This document shows positions 1 through 11,714 of a stretch of DNA of 64,000 bases, piece by piece. Position 1 is the stretch's first letter. Every line of letters begins with the position of its first letter. The DNA lies in contig VJWM01000280.1 of the NCBI GenBank assembly GCA_010909165.1, positions 1 to 64,000 on the forward strand. Direction: 5' to 3'. Under the pieces are notes generated by a model. The model did not search any database and was not told the origin of the DNA. It was given only the letters and a program-made list of their open reading frames with translations. Source of the stretch: Anthoceros angustus (Eukaryota > Plantae > Anthocerotophyta). The position numbers were made by a program, and so were the translations under genes.

Positions 1-1050
1 ACATTTACCCTCTATGTCGTTATAGTCCTAGGATTCGATCCCAAGGGAATGGTTTTGTGTCAAGATGAGCTAATCTGGATTCTAACCCACTACGACCACC
101 CACTCACCTACCACTACCACCGTCGCGGGGGTTCACTCGTAGTGGCGTTCCGCCACCGATGGTTGACTCAACCCGGGCGGGCCACACCGCGCGTCTTGGC
201 GTGACCACCGTCACCGGCTTCGGACGGGTCTCGGTCAGTCTTCCACACACACACACATAGACTCACTCTAATTCACTCCTGGTATACTTCCCGAATTAGG
301 CACTGATCGGGAATACCCGCGACTTCGCCCTCGGCCCATGGGGACCCCTCTTCATCTCACTCCGCTTCCCTCCTCTTTCTATTACTCCCGTTTCCTCAAC
401 GCAACCACAATTTCCTTACCACGGCACCTCTTCTTGAGAACCTCTCACCGCACATGTATACCCGTCTCTCCCTTTTCCCGGGCCACAGACCTCACCACGG
501 GCCACACGGACCCCTCCTCATAGAATTAAACACGTTCGATGGGCGGCTTGGGAAGGAGGGGGGAAACCGGTCGATGCTTGGGCGATTCACTCGTTCGATC
601 TCACCCGACTTTCCGCAACCCTTGCCTTCTCGGCGCATGTTGGGCGCCTCACCATTCCTTGTCGGGCGTGGGCTTGGCCACTCCGCTCTCGACTATCCAG
701 GATCTTCCGGTCTTCTTGTGACGAGAAGGCGGTCGCGCCCGTTTGATCTTGACGGGCGTCTCCAATCAACCCCACGAGGATTCGATACGGAAGTTCACAC
801 ACGAAATCGTCATCTTTGAGAGACACCCAAAGGGTCTCTTATACATCTGGGCGTGGTCCAACACTCACTTCTCTTTAGGGTCTAAAATTGTAGCTCCTAC
901 CACGGCCCTTACCAATCTAAGCAACATGACTCTGGTGATGGAACTCCCTATCCCTCGCCCGAAAAACCCGGTCCTAGGCTATCGCGACTCCCCTAAAATC
1001 AGCGCTGCCGCCTCGCGATTCTTTGCCTCGCCCTCGGCCCATGGGGACCC

Positions 1051-1383
1051 CTCTCGCTCTTGACCTCGCCTCGATCCGGCGATTTTCCCCACAACCTCCA
1101 CCTCACTCTCACTTTGAGTTTCCCTCGCGCCTTCCGCGGGCGTTGCGCCGACCTCTGTATGTTGTCCGCTCCTCCTCATTTGGACAACCATACCTGCTCC
1201 TCCCTCCATGCTCGGCCTCTCGCTCTTGACCTCGCCTCGATCCGGCGATTTTCCCCACAACCTCCACCTCACTCTCCTGCAGTTCCCTCCCTTCCCTTGG
1301 ACGTTGCGCGCTGTGACCTCTATGTCCATTGTCCGCTCCTCCTCATTTGGACAACCATCGTGTGCTCCTCCCTCCATGCTCGG
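1051..1383. repeat. ~166-bp tandem duplication present only in the left LTR
   Basis: CTCTCGCTCTTGACCTCGCCTCGATCCGGCGATTTTCCCCACAACC starts at 1051 and 1217; single copy at ~20249 in the right LTR. Confidence 0.85.
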
Positions 1384-1399
1384 CTGCGCCTCGCTCATC

Positions 1400-3249
1400 T
1401 CTTCCCAGCACCACTTGCGGAGGATAGGCGCCCGCTCCTATTCGAAGGAACCAGCAGTAGCGCTTTGTGGCGGTCAAGATGTCTGACCGGTTTACGCCCC
1501 TCTGTCCCAACAACCACATACACGTTTAGAGTGAGCACCCGCTCACCATGCAGCGGCAGGACATGAGCATCCTCATCCGGACCGTAACTGTCGCCCCTTC
1601 GATCTGAGGTCCTTACCCTCTCCTCCGTGGACAATCACAGGCGGCTGCTGTTGATTCTCCGGAGATCATCCCTCCATCTGCGACACTCCTGGTGACTTCC
1701 CCACCTCGGTTCCCGTTCCACGGCGGTGGCTGGTTTAGCCACCGTGGTGGTTCCCCCGGTGGTTGCTTGGCTCCTGCGGTGGCTGCTCGGCCTTTCTTGG
1801 TTTGGCCACCTCTCTCTTGACTGGCCTAAGCCGTCTCTTTCCGCTTGTATCTCTCCCGACTTCTTGAATTTCTCCAAGGCGCCATCGCTTCCACTGCTCC
1901 TGGACTCGCGAGACCTCATCTTGAAGCTCTTCAATTGTAGCATCGCCCCTTGACTGATTTACTAAGGCCTCCTTGAGTGGACATGTCCCTTCTCATGCCT
2001 TGCATAAGGCCGCCCGCACTCCGTCTGCGCTCCTCGGCCGCCTTGCTCTCGCCTTCAGGCTTTCCAACTTCTCCTTGAGCAACTTCTCCTGTTGGCCTTG
2101 CACACTCGGCCGGTGAGAGCCATGGGCACTTGATCGAGGAGATCCGCTGCGTCATGCCATGGCGAAGTCAAACCACCAAATCCCAAATTGGGCTGTCCCT
2201 TTGCCCATCCGCCTCCACAACAATTCTCGCGGTGTCCTATCCCCACCTCAGAGACGGTTCGGTGAAATGTCGCCAAAAATATCCGGAGCTCCGTGCGGTC
2301 TTGGTGTTAACCCCTCCTCTCCTAGGGGTTGGTGCGCCTTGCCTCTTCCCCATTCTCCCCTAGCGGCGCGATTCATCCCCACACGGGAGGAGCAACTTGC
2401 CATTTCCCTTTATTTTCCTCCTTTACCGCGTTCTGCTGCCGTCTTGACTGGTGACCACAGGTGTGGCTGTGGGTTCCTCCTCTCTGTCCTCCCTTTTCGA
2501 CCCCGTTCGACCGTGCCGCCCGCCGCTTCTTACCCTTGGAAACTTCCCACCCTCTTCCGAACCTTCCGAGGCGCATTCCCAACTGGAATCCTTGCCGAAT
2601 CCTCCTTAAATTCCTCCTCTTCTACCTTGGGTTCCGAGGCTTCCAACCATGCAGGCGGACCGACTTCAACTCCGTTAAACACCGGAATGCGCAAATACAT
2701 GAATCGAGAAAAGGCGAAATCAAGGAGGCCGAGGGAAGAGAGAGTAAATTCGCCTTCTCCTCCACAGGCTCTTTCGAAAATCATCCTTCCCCAATCAATT
2801 TGTGTACCCTTGACCACCTCGTGAAGAAAAACCAAGAAGTGATCCGCCATATGATCCGACTTGGTTACAGAAACACAAAATCCATTTGGCCAATCCCACG
2901 GTGCGAGACACGAGTTGGCGAGTCACCCGACCATTATTCACTCTCACTTCCCGAGGCTTCATGGCGCGGCTGCGGCTCTCAAGGTCTTCTTCATGGGGTC
3001 AATCACCAAGCTCCCATCTTGATGCTTCTCGCCCATACCTTTGCTCGAAAGGGCCAAATCCAGTTCTGCGGCCTTTTCCTCGCGTCACCCTCTTGCGACT
3101 TGGTCCTTAATTGCAGGCGCACTCTTGCACCAATGCAGGTAGCCACCATTTCTTCTCCATGAACTGGGCTCACGCACGGTGCCGGCTCTCACTTTCCGAT
3201 GGTCCATGTTGGGCCCTGCGTGGGGATTTCGGCGCGGCTCGGGCGCCAT
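1400..3249 (-). pseudogene. Frameshifted accessory ORF inside the 3' LTR (transposon-protein-like N-terminal part plus coiled-coil)
   Basis: Stitched frames from ATG at 3249: MAPEPRRNPHAGPNMDHRKVRAG...SDHMADHFLVFLHEVVKGTQIDWGRMIFE...QQEKLLKEKLESLKARAR...EALVNQSRGDATIEELQDEVSRVQEQW. The 3' end is approximate. Confidence 0.6.
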
Positions 3250-3485
3250 CTCCTTCTCTCGTTGTTTCCCAAAAACAAAACCTCGACCTCCTGCAGTTAA
3301 GAGAAAAAAAAATCGAGGCCGCCCTCGCGCTCCTTCCACGCCTCCTCGCGAACTTGCGGCGCCCGATTTCTCTCCTCCGCCGCCCGCTCTGTCTGATCGT
3401 GCGCCCTTCCTCCTGCAGTGAGATTTGCTTTGGCGTGGTTATCGCGCCTCTTCTTCTGCTCGCTCCGCCCGGCCCCTCACGGAAA

Positions 3486-3589
3486 TGTGCGTGCATCACC
3501 TGTTGGGCACACACAAGTACGTGCATCCCGCTCCGTCCGGCCCGACCTTGGTGCAACAAGAAAACAGGGCAAAAGGAAATTCTGTCCAT
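3486..3589. repeat. Split repeat B2 (~105 bp, copy of 4168-4280)
   Basis: GTGCGTGCATCACC...GGGCACAC...GTACGTGCATCCCG...CCGGCCCGACCTT...GCAACAAGAAAACAGGGCAAA.GGAAATTCTGTCCAT occurs at both sites. Confidence 0.9.
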
Positions 3590-3616
3590 GCCACACACGA
3601 CTGCGATCGCTATAAA

Positions 3617-4165
3617 CCAGCAGCGCTCACATGTCTGGCGCACCTCGGCAAATCTGAATCAAAGGGCTACGGGCTGCACAGTTGGTAAATCCGTGACCTG
3701 CGGCACCCACATTACATGCAATTCTGAGCCACATGCACACCAAAACCTTGCATTCCAATCAGAAATCCAGCAACACCGCGGTTTTGCGTGAGTCTCAACA
3801 ACATTCCCTTTCCACGGACTTGACAACTGGTTGTTGCAGCTGCCATCGCCAGTCTTGAGGTCTTGGCCGCCATCATGAGCAAGCACCTCCCTCTCGGTGT
3901 GATGAGGCCACCACCTCGCGTGATCCTTTGGCGTTGCAGCAGCGGGCTTCATGATGTAGCCCACGAGCCACCTGCCGGGTTTGCAGCCCTGGTTCTAGAA
4001 ATGACCTAAATGGCCTAATAACCTATCCTGATAATGTCAGTTAAATAGCTTCATATGGGGTAAGCTAATTAATAGCTATTTCCTAATGGCCAAAATCACA
4101 TATATAGCCAGCCTACCTCTAGGCTAATATATATATTCTTGTAAAACAAGTCTGGTGCCACGACA
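3617..4165. repeat. Split repeat A2 (~550 bp, copy of 12449-13016)
   Basis: Colinear from CCAGCAGCGCTCACATGT to GTAAAACAAGTCTGGTGCCACGAC. Confidence 0.93.
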
Positions 4166-4167
4166 GC

Positions 4168-4280
4168 TGTCGTGCGTGCATCACCGGCTGTTGGGCACAC
4201 AAGGTACGTGCATCCCGCGCTCCAGTCCGGCCCGACCTTCAGCTGCAACAAGAAAACAGGGCAAAGGAAATTCTGTCCAT
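4168..4280. repeat. Split repeat B1
   Basis: Begins TGTCGTGCGTGCATCACC immediately after CACGACA-GC; matches 3486-3589. Confidence 0.9.
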
Positions 4281-4569
4281 ACACAGCTGATGGACGGGCT
4301 AGAAGAAAGGCAGCATGGCGAAGAAGGAGAACTGGAATTATCCAGCACCTGGAAGGAAAGAATAAGGAAACCCCAAACAGCATCAGCATCACAGCCATGC
4401 TCAAGCACGATTGCAACGCTATGGGGCCATAGCACCTGTCACACGTAGAATGGCAGATGCCACATGAACCCAATTGTGACTAGCAGCCATGAAACCTTGC
4501 AATGCAATCACATCCATCTTCACAACTGAAAACGAATTGAAACAGTCACACCTGAGTAGCAGTTTCAGC

Positions 4570-4710
4570 ACACTTTGAACAATACCAAAGTTGCTCAGGA
4601 ACCTCAGCCAAAGGTGGCTGCAAGCAGAAAAGGTGGAACCCCCATTGCATCCATCACAAAGCAGCATGAGCTCTCGTCATCCGTGCGGCTGCAGATCTGG
4701 CATGGGTAAT
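4570..4710 (-). CDS. PHD finger (C4HC3) at the C-terminus of integrase
   Basis: Stitched across two indels: [44 protein letters not shown]. Confidence 0.88.
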
Positions 4711-4899
4711 CCGCTGGCGGGATCCAATCAGCTGTTACAATGGTGGGGTCAAGGTTAGGGAGATGGCACGGGCACAATTTTGGTGTGATCAGAAATGACC
4801 CTGCCATCAGATCCCTGCAGCACCAACACTCCATTGGACTTGACCTCCTGATCCTAAGCACATGTCTGCTGCTGGAAGTCTCAAGAGTGTCAGCTGTTT

Positions 4900-5900
4900 G
4901 GCGTTGAAGATACACATCCCAGCCTGGAATTTCTTAAGCTTGGGCCTGAAGCTCCGCTGCAGTGTGGGCGTACCTTAGTGTCCCGATGCTGTGCAATGTG
5001 CAAATTTTCCATAGCCATCGGCATCACTCGACGGAAAAGGGCAGCCCTGTCACCTATCATCCTAGCCCAAGTGGCTGGATCATCCAGCGAGACCACGGCC
5101 TGCATCTGTTTAGCGATGGAGCTAGGTGGAACAGGCTCCCTGCCAAAAGAAGGAAATAGGGTGAGAAATGAGCTAGGAAGCGTGCTCATTCGGTACCCCA
5201 TCAATATATAAGGCAGCATGATGTCCCAATCCCCTTCGGCTGCAGACAGAGCTTGGAGGCCCTTTTGATGGTTTGAACCATCCTCTCAGCCAACCCGTCG
5301 GCCTGAGGGTGGTCCCTGCTGGTCCTCCTGTGGTCAATTAGTGCCACATCCAACAGGTCTTGAATTCCCTCGAATTCTGAACCTTGGTCGGTGAGACACT
5401 CCGCAACTGCCAAAGCGGCTCAGCACGTTCTGCAAGAAAGCCTGTGATGTGCTCCTGGATGACTTGTCAGGCAACGCCACGGCCTCCACCCACTTGCTAA
5501 AGTGCTCTATCATCACCAAGATGTACACGTTACCCCTTGGTGTCTTGGGCAGCTCTCCTATGAGGTCGCAGGACCACCTGAAGAAGGGCCCCATGATGGG
5601 GAGTGGGTGCAGCTCTGGGTGCTGCATAGTGAAGGATGTTTTGACGCGGTCACATGGCTCACAGCAAGCGACACATTCCCGGACTTGTGCATGCATGCCA
5701 AACCAGTGGAAGTGAGGGGCCAGCAAGCTGTAGGTCCTCTTGACTCCAAAATGCCCCATGTCATCATGTACTCTTGAATGAGATCAGCACGATCTCCGGG
5801 AGGTGGAACCAGCCGTTCCACACCATGGGCCTGCCTCCGGATGAGGTACCCATCTCTCCAGTAGTAGGCAGCAGCACGTTGCTGCCCGCTCACATTCTGC
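4900..5900 (-). CDS. pol: Gypsy DDE integrase (frameshifted in this sequence)
   Basis: HHCC region GHFGVKRTYSLL...CCEPCDRVK, WSCDLIGELP, TDQGSEF, HPQADGLAERMVQ. Confidence 0.92.
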
Positions 5901-6149
5901 TGCTGTCCAATCTTCACCTAGCTGGCCAGTTTGCACAAACTGAATTGTATGCACGTCCTCCCATATGTCCTTGGGGACATGTTGAGCTGCTGCAACCTCA
6001 AGCTGTCCAAGGCATGTCATGGCCACCAAGGCAGCTACAGCAAAATCTGCCTGTCCTCGTGGCTGATCATCCTCATCCTGCCTAGCCTCCGTGGCATCCC
6101 TACAGCTGCTATCCGGATTCCTGGAGAGGGTGTCCGCATTCTGATGTGA

Positions 6150-7500
6150 CACCCCGGCCTGTGCTCCACATGGAAGTTGTAATCCTGCAAAATCATGGCC
6201 CAGCGAGCAAGTTTCCGCTGAGCTTTGTGTTTGTCATCAGCCACTTCAAGGGTTGATGGTCAGTGACAAGGGTAAACTGCTGCCCATAGAGGTAAGGTCT
6301 GAAGTGGCAGACTGCCCAAACAGCGGCGAGGCATTCGCCCTCATAGCTGCTGTAATTGGCCTCAGCACGGTTGTTGCTGCGTGAGGCAAAGGCAATCACA
6401 CGTTCCTTCCCTGCTCATCCTCTTGCGCAAGTACAGCACCCAGCCCCAGACTACTCCAGTCTGTATGAAGCACAAACGGCTTGTCAAAATTGGGACGAGC
6501 CATAATGGGTGATGTGCTGAGCCGCTCTTTCAAGGTGTCAAAAGACTGTTGAGCATGCTCATCCCACAGCCACTCCACGTCCTTGCGCAATAGGTTGTTC
6601 AGCGGTTTAGCAATCCTGCTGAAATTCTGGATGTACACCCTGTAATAGTTGCACAATCCTAGAAATGCCCGTAGTGCTGACACATTGGTGGGCTCCTTCA
6701 CCCGCTGAATGGCCTGGATCTTGGCTGCATGAGGCATGACTCCATTGGGCACGATCTTGTGTCCCAAGTATGCTACAGTGCTCATCCCAAACTCACATTT
6801 GGAGGGTGGCACGTGAGCTCAGCCTTCCGCAACCTAAGGAACAGATCCTCTAGATGTGCCAAGTGCTGCTCAAAATCCTCGCTGTGCACAAGGACATCAT
6901 CAATGTAGCACATCAAATATGCTGCACCTGCCAGCACAAGATCCATTATCCTCTGGAAGGTGACTGGTGCATTTTAAATCCAAAAGGCATCACCAGCCAC
7001 TCCCACAGCTGCTGAGATCCATGGAAGGCAGTCTTCTTGATGTCCTCCTCAGCAACCGCACCTGGTTGAATCCTTGGCGTAGGTCAAGTGTGGAGAAGAA
7101 GACTGACTGCCCAATGCGGTCAAAAATTTCTTCAGGGGTCGGCATCGGTACCGATCCTGTGCTGTTGCTACATTTATGGGACGATAGTCCCGCATCCTCT
7201 TCTCAGTCCACAGCCCTTGGCTGTCCTTCTTGGCGGCATCACGGTGGCAGCAGCATAGTCACTGCTGGAGGGCCTGATCAACCCTGCTTCCAGCAATTCC
7301 TGCAGCGGGCGTCCACCATGTCCCATTCTGTCTTGCTGAGACGGTACCTTCTCCTGTAGATGGGCTCCGAGGTGGTAAGGTTGATCCTAAAGGTCAACAC
7401 ATTACACCTCTTCAGCTCCTTCATTGAGAAGGCGAAGCAGTCTCGATACTTCAGCAGTAGCACGTGAATCCTCTGCTTCTGCAGGTCTGTGAGCTCATCC
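6150..7500 (-). CDS. pol: Reverse transcriptase and RNase H
   Basis: IYRRRYRLSKTEWDMVD, CYIDDVL (~6891-6910), AYLGHKI, FLGLCNYYR, FVLHTDWSSLGLGAVL, YSSYEGECLAAVWAV, TDHQPLKWL. Confidence 0.95.
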
Positions 7501-7749
7501 CCATCTTCCAAGGGAAATTATCAGCTGTGACCTTTGTTGATGCTCCATGCTCACTTCCCTTGTGGTCAGATGCGGAAAAAGCAGACCTGTTTCCCCATGT
7601 AGGCTGCTCCACCCCCAGCATCTGGCCAAAAGGGTAGGTGAGTGTAGCCAGGAAAGGGAAAATGGACAGCATCTGCTGGGCACATACTGGCCAGCAAGCT
7701 AGGAAGGGCTACAGCTGCAAACTTGGCGTGCAATTGAAAGGCGAGGCAG

Positions 7750-8690
7750 AGGCTGACCAGCCAAGTAATGGCGTGAAGGTCCATGGCTCTGCCTATGGCT
7801 GCAGCACGCTGGGGTCGAGTGACTTGAGGTGCTGCTGTAGAGCCTGTTTGAAACCCATCAGGCGCTCTCGCTCCTCTACTCCAGGTTCCTCCCATTGCTG
7901 AGTGGTAGTGTTAAGGAGCATGCCATTGCCTTGAGCTCTGTATGCAAAAGAGCCTGGAAAACTCACGAGCGTGGGCAACGTCTGTCTCGGCTGCCCTGGC
8001 ACATTGGTAGGGAACCAAGGTGCACGCTCACTAGCAGTGACTGGCTTGGGCTGATGATGTGGTTCCAAGACCAGCTGCAGCTGCAAGTGGGGATCCCTGG
8101 TGGTGCCACGTAAGGCTAGCTCCGCAACCGAAGAGGGACAAGGTTTGTCCAATAATTGCGTAGCCTGTGGGCATAGCTACCCACCTGGGCAGCATCCATA
8201 AGGAATGGGAGCCCACATAATGCTGCACAATCACCATGTCCTGTTGCACATGTGGGCGTGAGTCCAGCTGGGCAGGTGTGTTTTCAAGAGATAAGCACAG
8301 CGTGGATTATCTTGCTGAGCCCATGCGAGCACCTGGTGCAAGTCCCGAAAGAGGCCTGAACGTGCATCTTCTAAGCCTTGGCCACGGCCTGCCCTGGAAA
8401 ACCCCTGGCATTCCCAGCCAGCGATGACCATGTCCACAGGTCCCAAAGCATGGATGTGGGCCTGTTGGATGTACTGCACATCCTGTGGCCAGGCCGTAAA
8501 ACGCTGTGAGTGGCCTCTGGGGGTAGTTGCTGTGGAAAGCGCTGTTGCAGCCCAAGCAGTCTGAAGGCTGCAATGTCCCTGGCTATTGGGTCCTTGTCAC
8601 AATAGACATAGCGCGGATAGTGAGCCCGTCAATAGCAAAGCCTCCAGGCCAGTGCAGATACCCCAAATAGCTCTACCACCGTTAGTTCAG
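7750..8690 (-). CDS. C5 cytosine DNA methyltransferase domain (DNMT3/DRM-like) embedded in pol
   Basis: Motifs in order: I VVELFG(G)ICTGLEA (~8640-8690); II/III YCDKDPIAR; IV VDMVIAGWECQGFS (Cys codon 8408-8410) followed by GLEDARSGLF; VI YLL(E)NT (needs one G restored); VIII DAAQVGSYAHRLRNYWTN; IX EPGVEERERLMGF; X IGRAMDL (~7780). Confidence 0.9.
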
Positions 8691-9099
8691 GCTGAGAGGG
8701 TGCCCACGTGATCACAGTGCAGTTCAGCAGCTTGTCCTGTGTGGGATGCGCCAACCCTGTAGCCACAAGGCTCTGGACACGTTGCAATTGAGCCTTGGCA
8801 TTCTGCAAACGTGCGGCCACCTCAGCAGGGTAGTCTGGATGAGCCATGGCTTGAGACAAAGTGCTGCCACTGCCAGGTGAGTCCTCATCAGCTGCAGACT
8901 CCAGCTGCCGTTCTACATGGGCAGTGTCCCTCACTAGCTCGCCAAGGTTGCAAGACTGAATGTCACAAACCATTTGGCAGGCTACAAGCGAGGCCACATC
9001 AGCAACTGTTTTACCATGAAGGTCCAGTGGCAGATGCGCCACACGGAGCCCCCCCGTCTCCAATCAGGCCTGTAAAAGGCTTGTTCCGTCCAGTTGTCC

Positions 9100-9400
9100 A
9101 CGCCAATGCCTGGTGGGTACAAAAATTCTTGACCCAACAAGACATCGTAGTTGGTGGCTGTGGTCACAAGACAGGGCAATGACAAGGTCATCTCATCTGG
9201 CGTGCCGGGTTAAGGGTAATATCCACCGGTCGGATGGTTTCCACACACTGGCTCAATTGCCCTGGAAGCAGTCCTGATGTTCCAGGGTGATGTGCGAAGA
9301 GCATCACCCTTCAGATGCAACCTGGCTGCCAGCACCTTGCCGATTATGACTGGCTGTGCACCTGTGTCAAGCAGCACCACCCTGGGTGCGTAACCATTCA
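9100..9400 (-). CDS. pol: Retroviral-type aspartic protease
   Basis: VVLLDTGAQPVIIG and the downstream YDVLLGQEFL flap. Confidence 0.85.
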
Positions 9401-10249
9401 CTGTCACGTGCCCTGCTCGATTATCAACAACAGCGTTGCTAACCCGGGTGTTGAGCCTGTTGGTGGGCTGCACTCGTGGTCTGTCACCAACTTGGCCTGC
9501 CACCTGTACACTGCAGACTCCTTCCAGCAAGCCGGAATGCATTCGTGGCTGCTCCATGGGCTGAAGGCTGCTGTCACAGCGTGACGATCTGTCTGGTGGG
9601 AGTTCCCACAATCGGGCATGAGCAACCACAGGATCGGGCTCATTGCATGTGGCCACAACTTCTAGTGTCTGCATCATTTGCTGCAGCCGGCTGGGTGTAA
9701 CTCCAAGCTCCTGGAGAGTGAAGAGTGGGATCTCCGTGAGCCTCTTAGCCACCTGTTCAGCAGTGACAGCCTGTGGAAGCAAGTACAATTTTTCCGCATG
9801 TGATATGCCCTGCCCCTTTGAGGGGCTGATCCACCAGCTCTGACCTGGATGAAGAATGGCTCTGCCCCTGATCGGAATGGCAGAACCTGGCGGCAATGGC
9901 ACATAGGATTGAGGCATCACTGCCCTCGCCCCTCGTTGCCTAGTGACAGGTCCAGTAGCTGCTGATGTAATGTCCAGCGTGGTATTTGGGAGCACATGCC
10001 CCACCCAGCTGGTCGGCATCACAACACGTCCCTCTTGGCTGTCACTTGGTGCCTTATCCGCTGTGCAGACCTGATGTGGCAGGCCGTAGTCCTCTCCTTC
10101 AGGTACTGCAACAAGTTCTACTGCTGCAGCCGGTTTGGCTCCTTCAGCACTAGAGAGATTGGCCACTTGCGTGGCCAATGCTGCCAGTTGTGCCTCCAAG
10201 GTTGCGACCTTCTCAGCATTGGCAGTATTCTTGGCCTTGGCCTTGTCAC

Positions 10250-11714
10250 GTTGTTGTTTGCTCCGTGAAGGCCCTGCTGTTCCAGCTGCAGCAGCTGTAG
10301 GTGCCACTGCTGTCCCACCAACCTCTGCCTTTGCCTTCTGATACCGTCTCCGGATGTTTCTGGAAGCAGACCGTGACAACATGGCCGTTCTTCTGGCAGT
10401 GAGTGCAGAACAAACCCTCCGATGGACACTTGCATGCAGTGGACAAGTGCTCTGGACTGCCACAGTAATTGCATAAGGCTGCCGCGGTGCTGCTGCTGCT
10501 GTAGTAGCTGCCCTGCCTTGGCTGGCTTAGCTGGCCTGCCCCTTGAGGAAGCTCCCCATGCGTGGTTGACCCCTTGTTGGTGAACATGGACTGGTAGTGA
10601 TGGAAGGACTTGGCATGCTTGGAGGAGAACACCGGTAGGCGATCTCCTTCTTCTCCGCCTCTTCATGCACTTGCTCCAAGGTGTAGTTATCACCATATTT
10701 GTCCACCAAGGAGGACACAAGCTGGAAGTGAAAAGAGAATCACCCTCCAGGGCAACTAAGAATTTCTCCGCTGCCTCCTGATCCGTCAACATGCCAGTAC
10801 CCTCACGTAGCTTTTGCAGCCTACGGAAGCACATCTGGACTGTCTCCCTTTCTTCCTCGCAAAAGTAGCCAACTCAGCGATTTTCTCCGGAGTTTTGAGG
10901 GGAAGGCCTTTTCCAGAATCTTCAGAAACTCCTCCACGGGGTTGGCATGCTTGGGAGTCTGGATGAACTCATCAATCCCTGCGTTGCTGTTGTCCTCTCC
11001 GCTGGGGTGAGGGGCTCACCACTGTAGGAGGCTGCAGTGGCAGCAACAGTGCCATTAGCAATGGCCTGTTGATGAGCTGTAATGGCGGCCTGCAACTTGG
11101 CATTGTAGGCTAGCTGCAGCGCCCCTGGTGCAAAGGATTCAAGGTCTGCACCGTGGCAGTCAAATCTGCTTGGTGAGCCTCGTACAAATCCAATGCCTCA
11201 TCAGCCATGTAGGCAGACAGCTGTTCGAACATGTACAGGTGATTGTACAACGCAGCGTGCTTGAACTTCACCCGGCTGATTGCCTCACTCACACCGTGGC
11301 GGAAATCTCTCAAAGACATAGTCCCAGGCCTGCCTGAGAATTTTTCGTGCCTACTTGATGGTCCTGACTCCATGGTATCAGATCCCTCCGAGAGGTCAGC
11401 TTTAGTCTGTCCTCCTTGTGCTGTTAAAATCACCAATGAATGGTCAGCACCTTGGCCTCCACTATCCTGCCTCAAGTCACCAAAATCTGGTGCAACTGGA
11501 TCGGGGGCCCGGTTAGCAAAAGGGGACCAACTTGTGCCTGCAGCAGGTTGTAGCTGCTCAACACCAGGATCTGCTCCCGCTGAGTCTCCTCCTAGAGACA
11601 GCCGTTGCCGTTGTGCTGGCCGCCTCCTCCTTGCAAAGACCCTGGCTGGCACGTCCCTTGTCCTCAGTCGATAGCGTGGACTACCTCCCTCCTCGTCAGA
11701 GGGCATTGCCCATG
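10250..11714 (-). CDS. gag: gag with two CCHC zinc knuckles (frameshifted)
   Basis: MPSDEEGG...EKFSGRPGTMSLRDFR...; CNYCGSPEHLSTAC and CTHCQKNGHVVTVC at ~10390-10480. Confidence 0.8.

Larger units (their letters stand above)
1..3485 (-). repeat. 3' LTR of outer element, first part (interrupted at 3486 by nested element)
   Basis: Position 1 aligns with ~19300 and stays colinear with the right LTR up to ...CCCTCACGGAAA (3485 vs ~22472). Confidence 0.93.

Noticed and set aside
11373-11382. TGGTATCAGA resembling a tRNA-iMet PBS
   Set aside because: It is on the wrong strand for the element, lies inside gag and is not adjacent to a terminal repeat.
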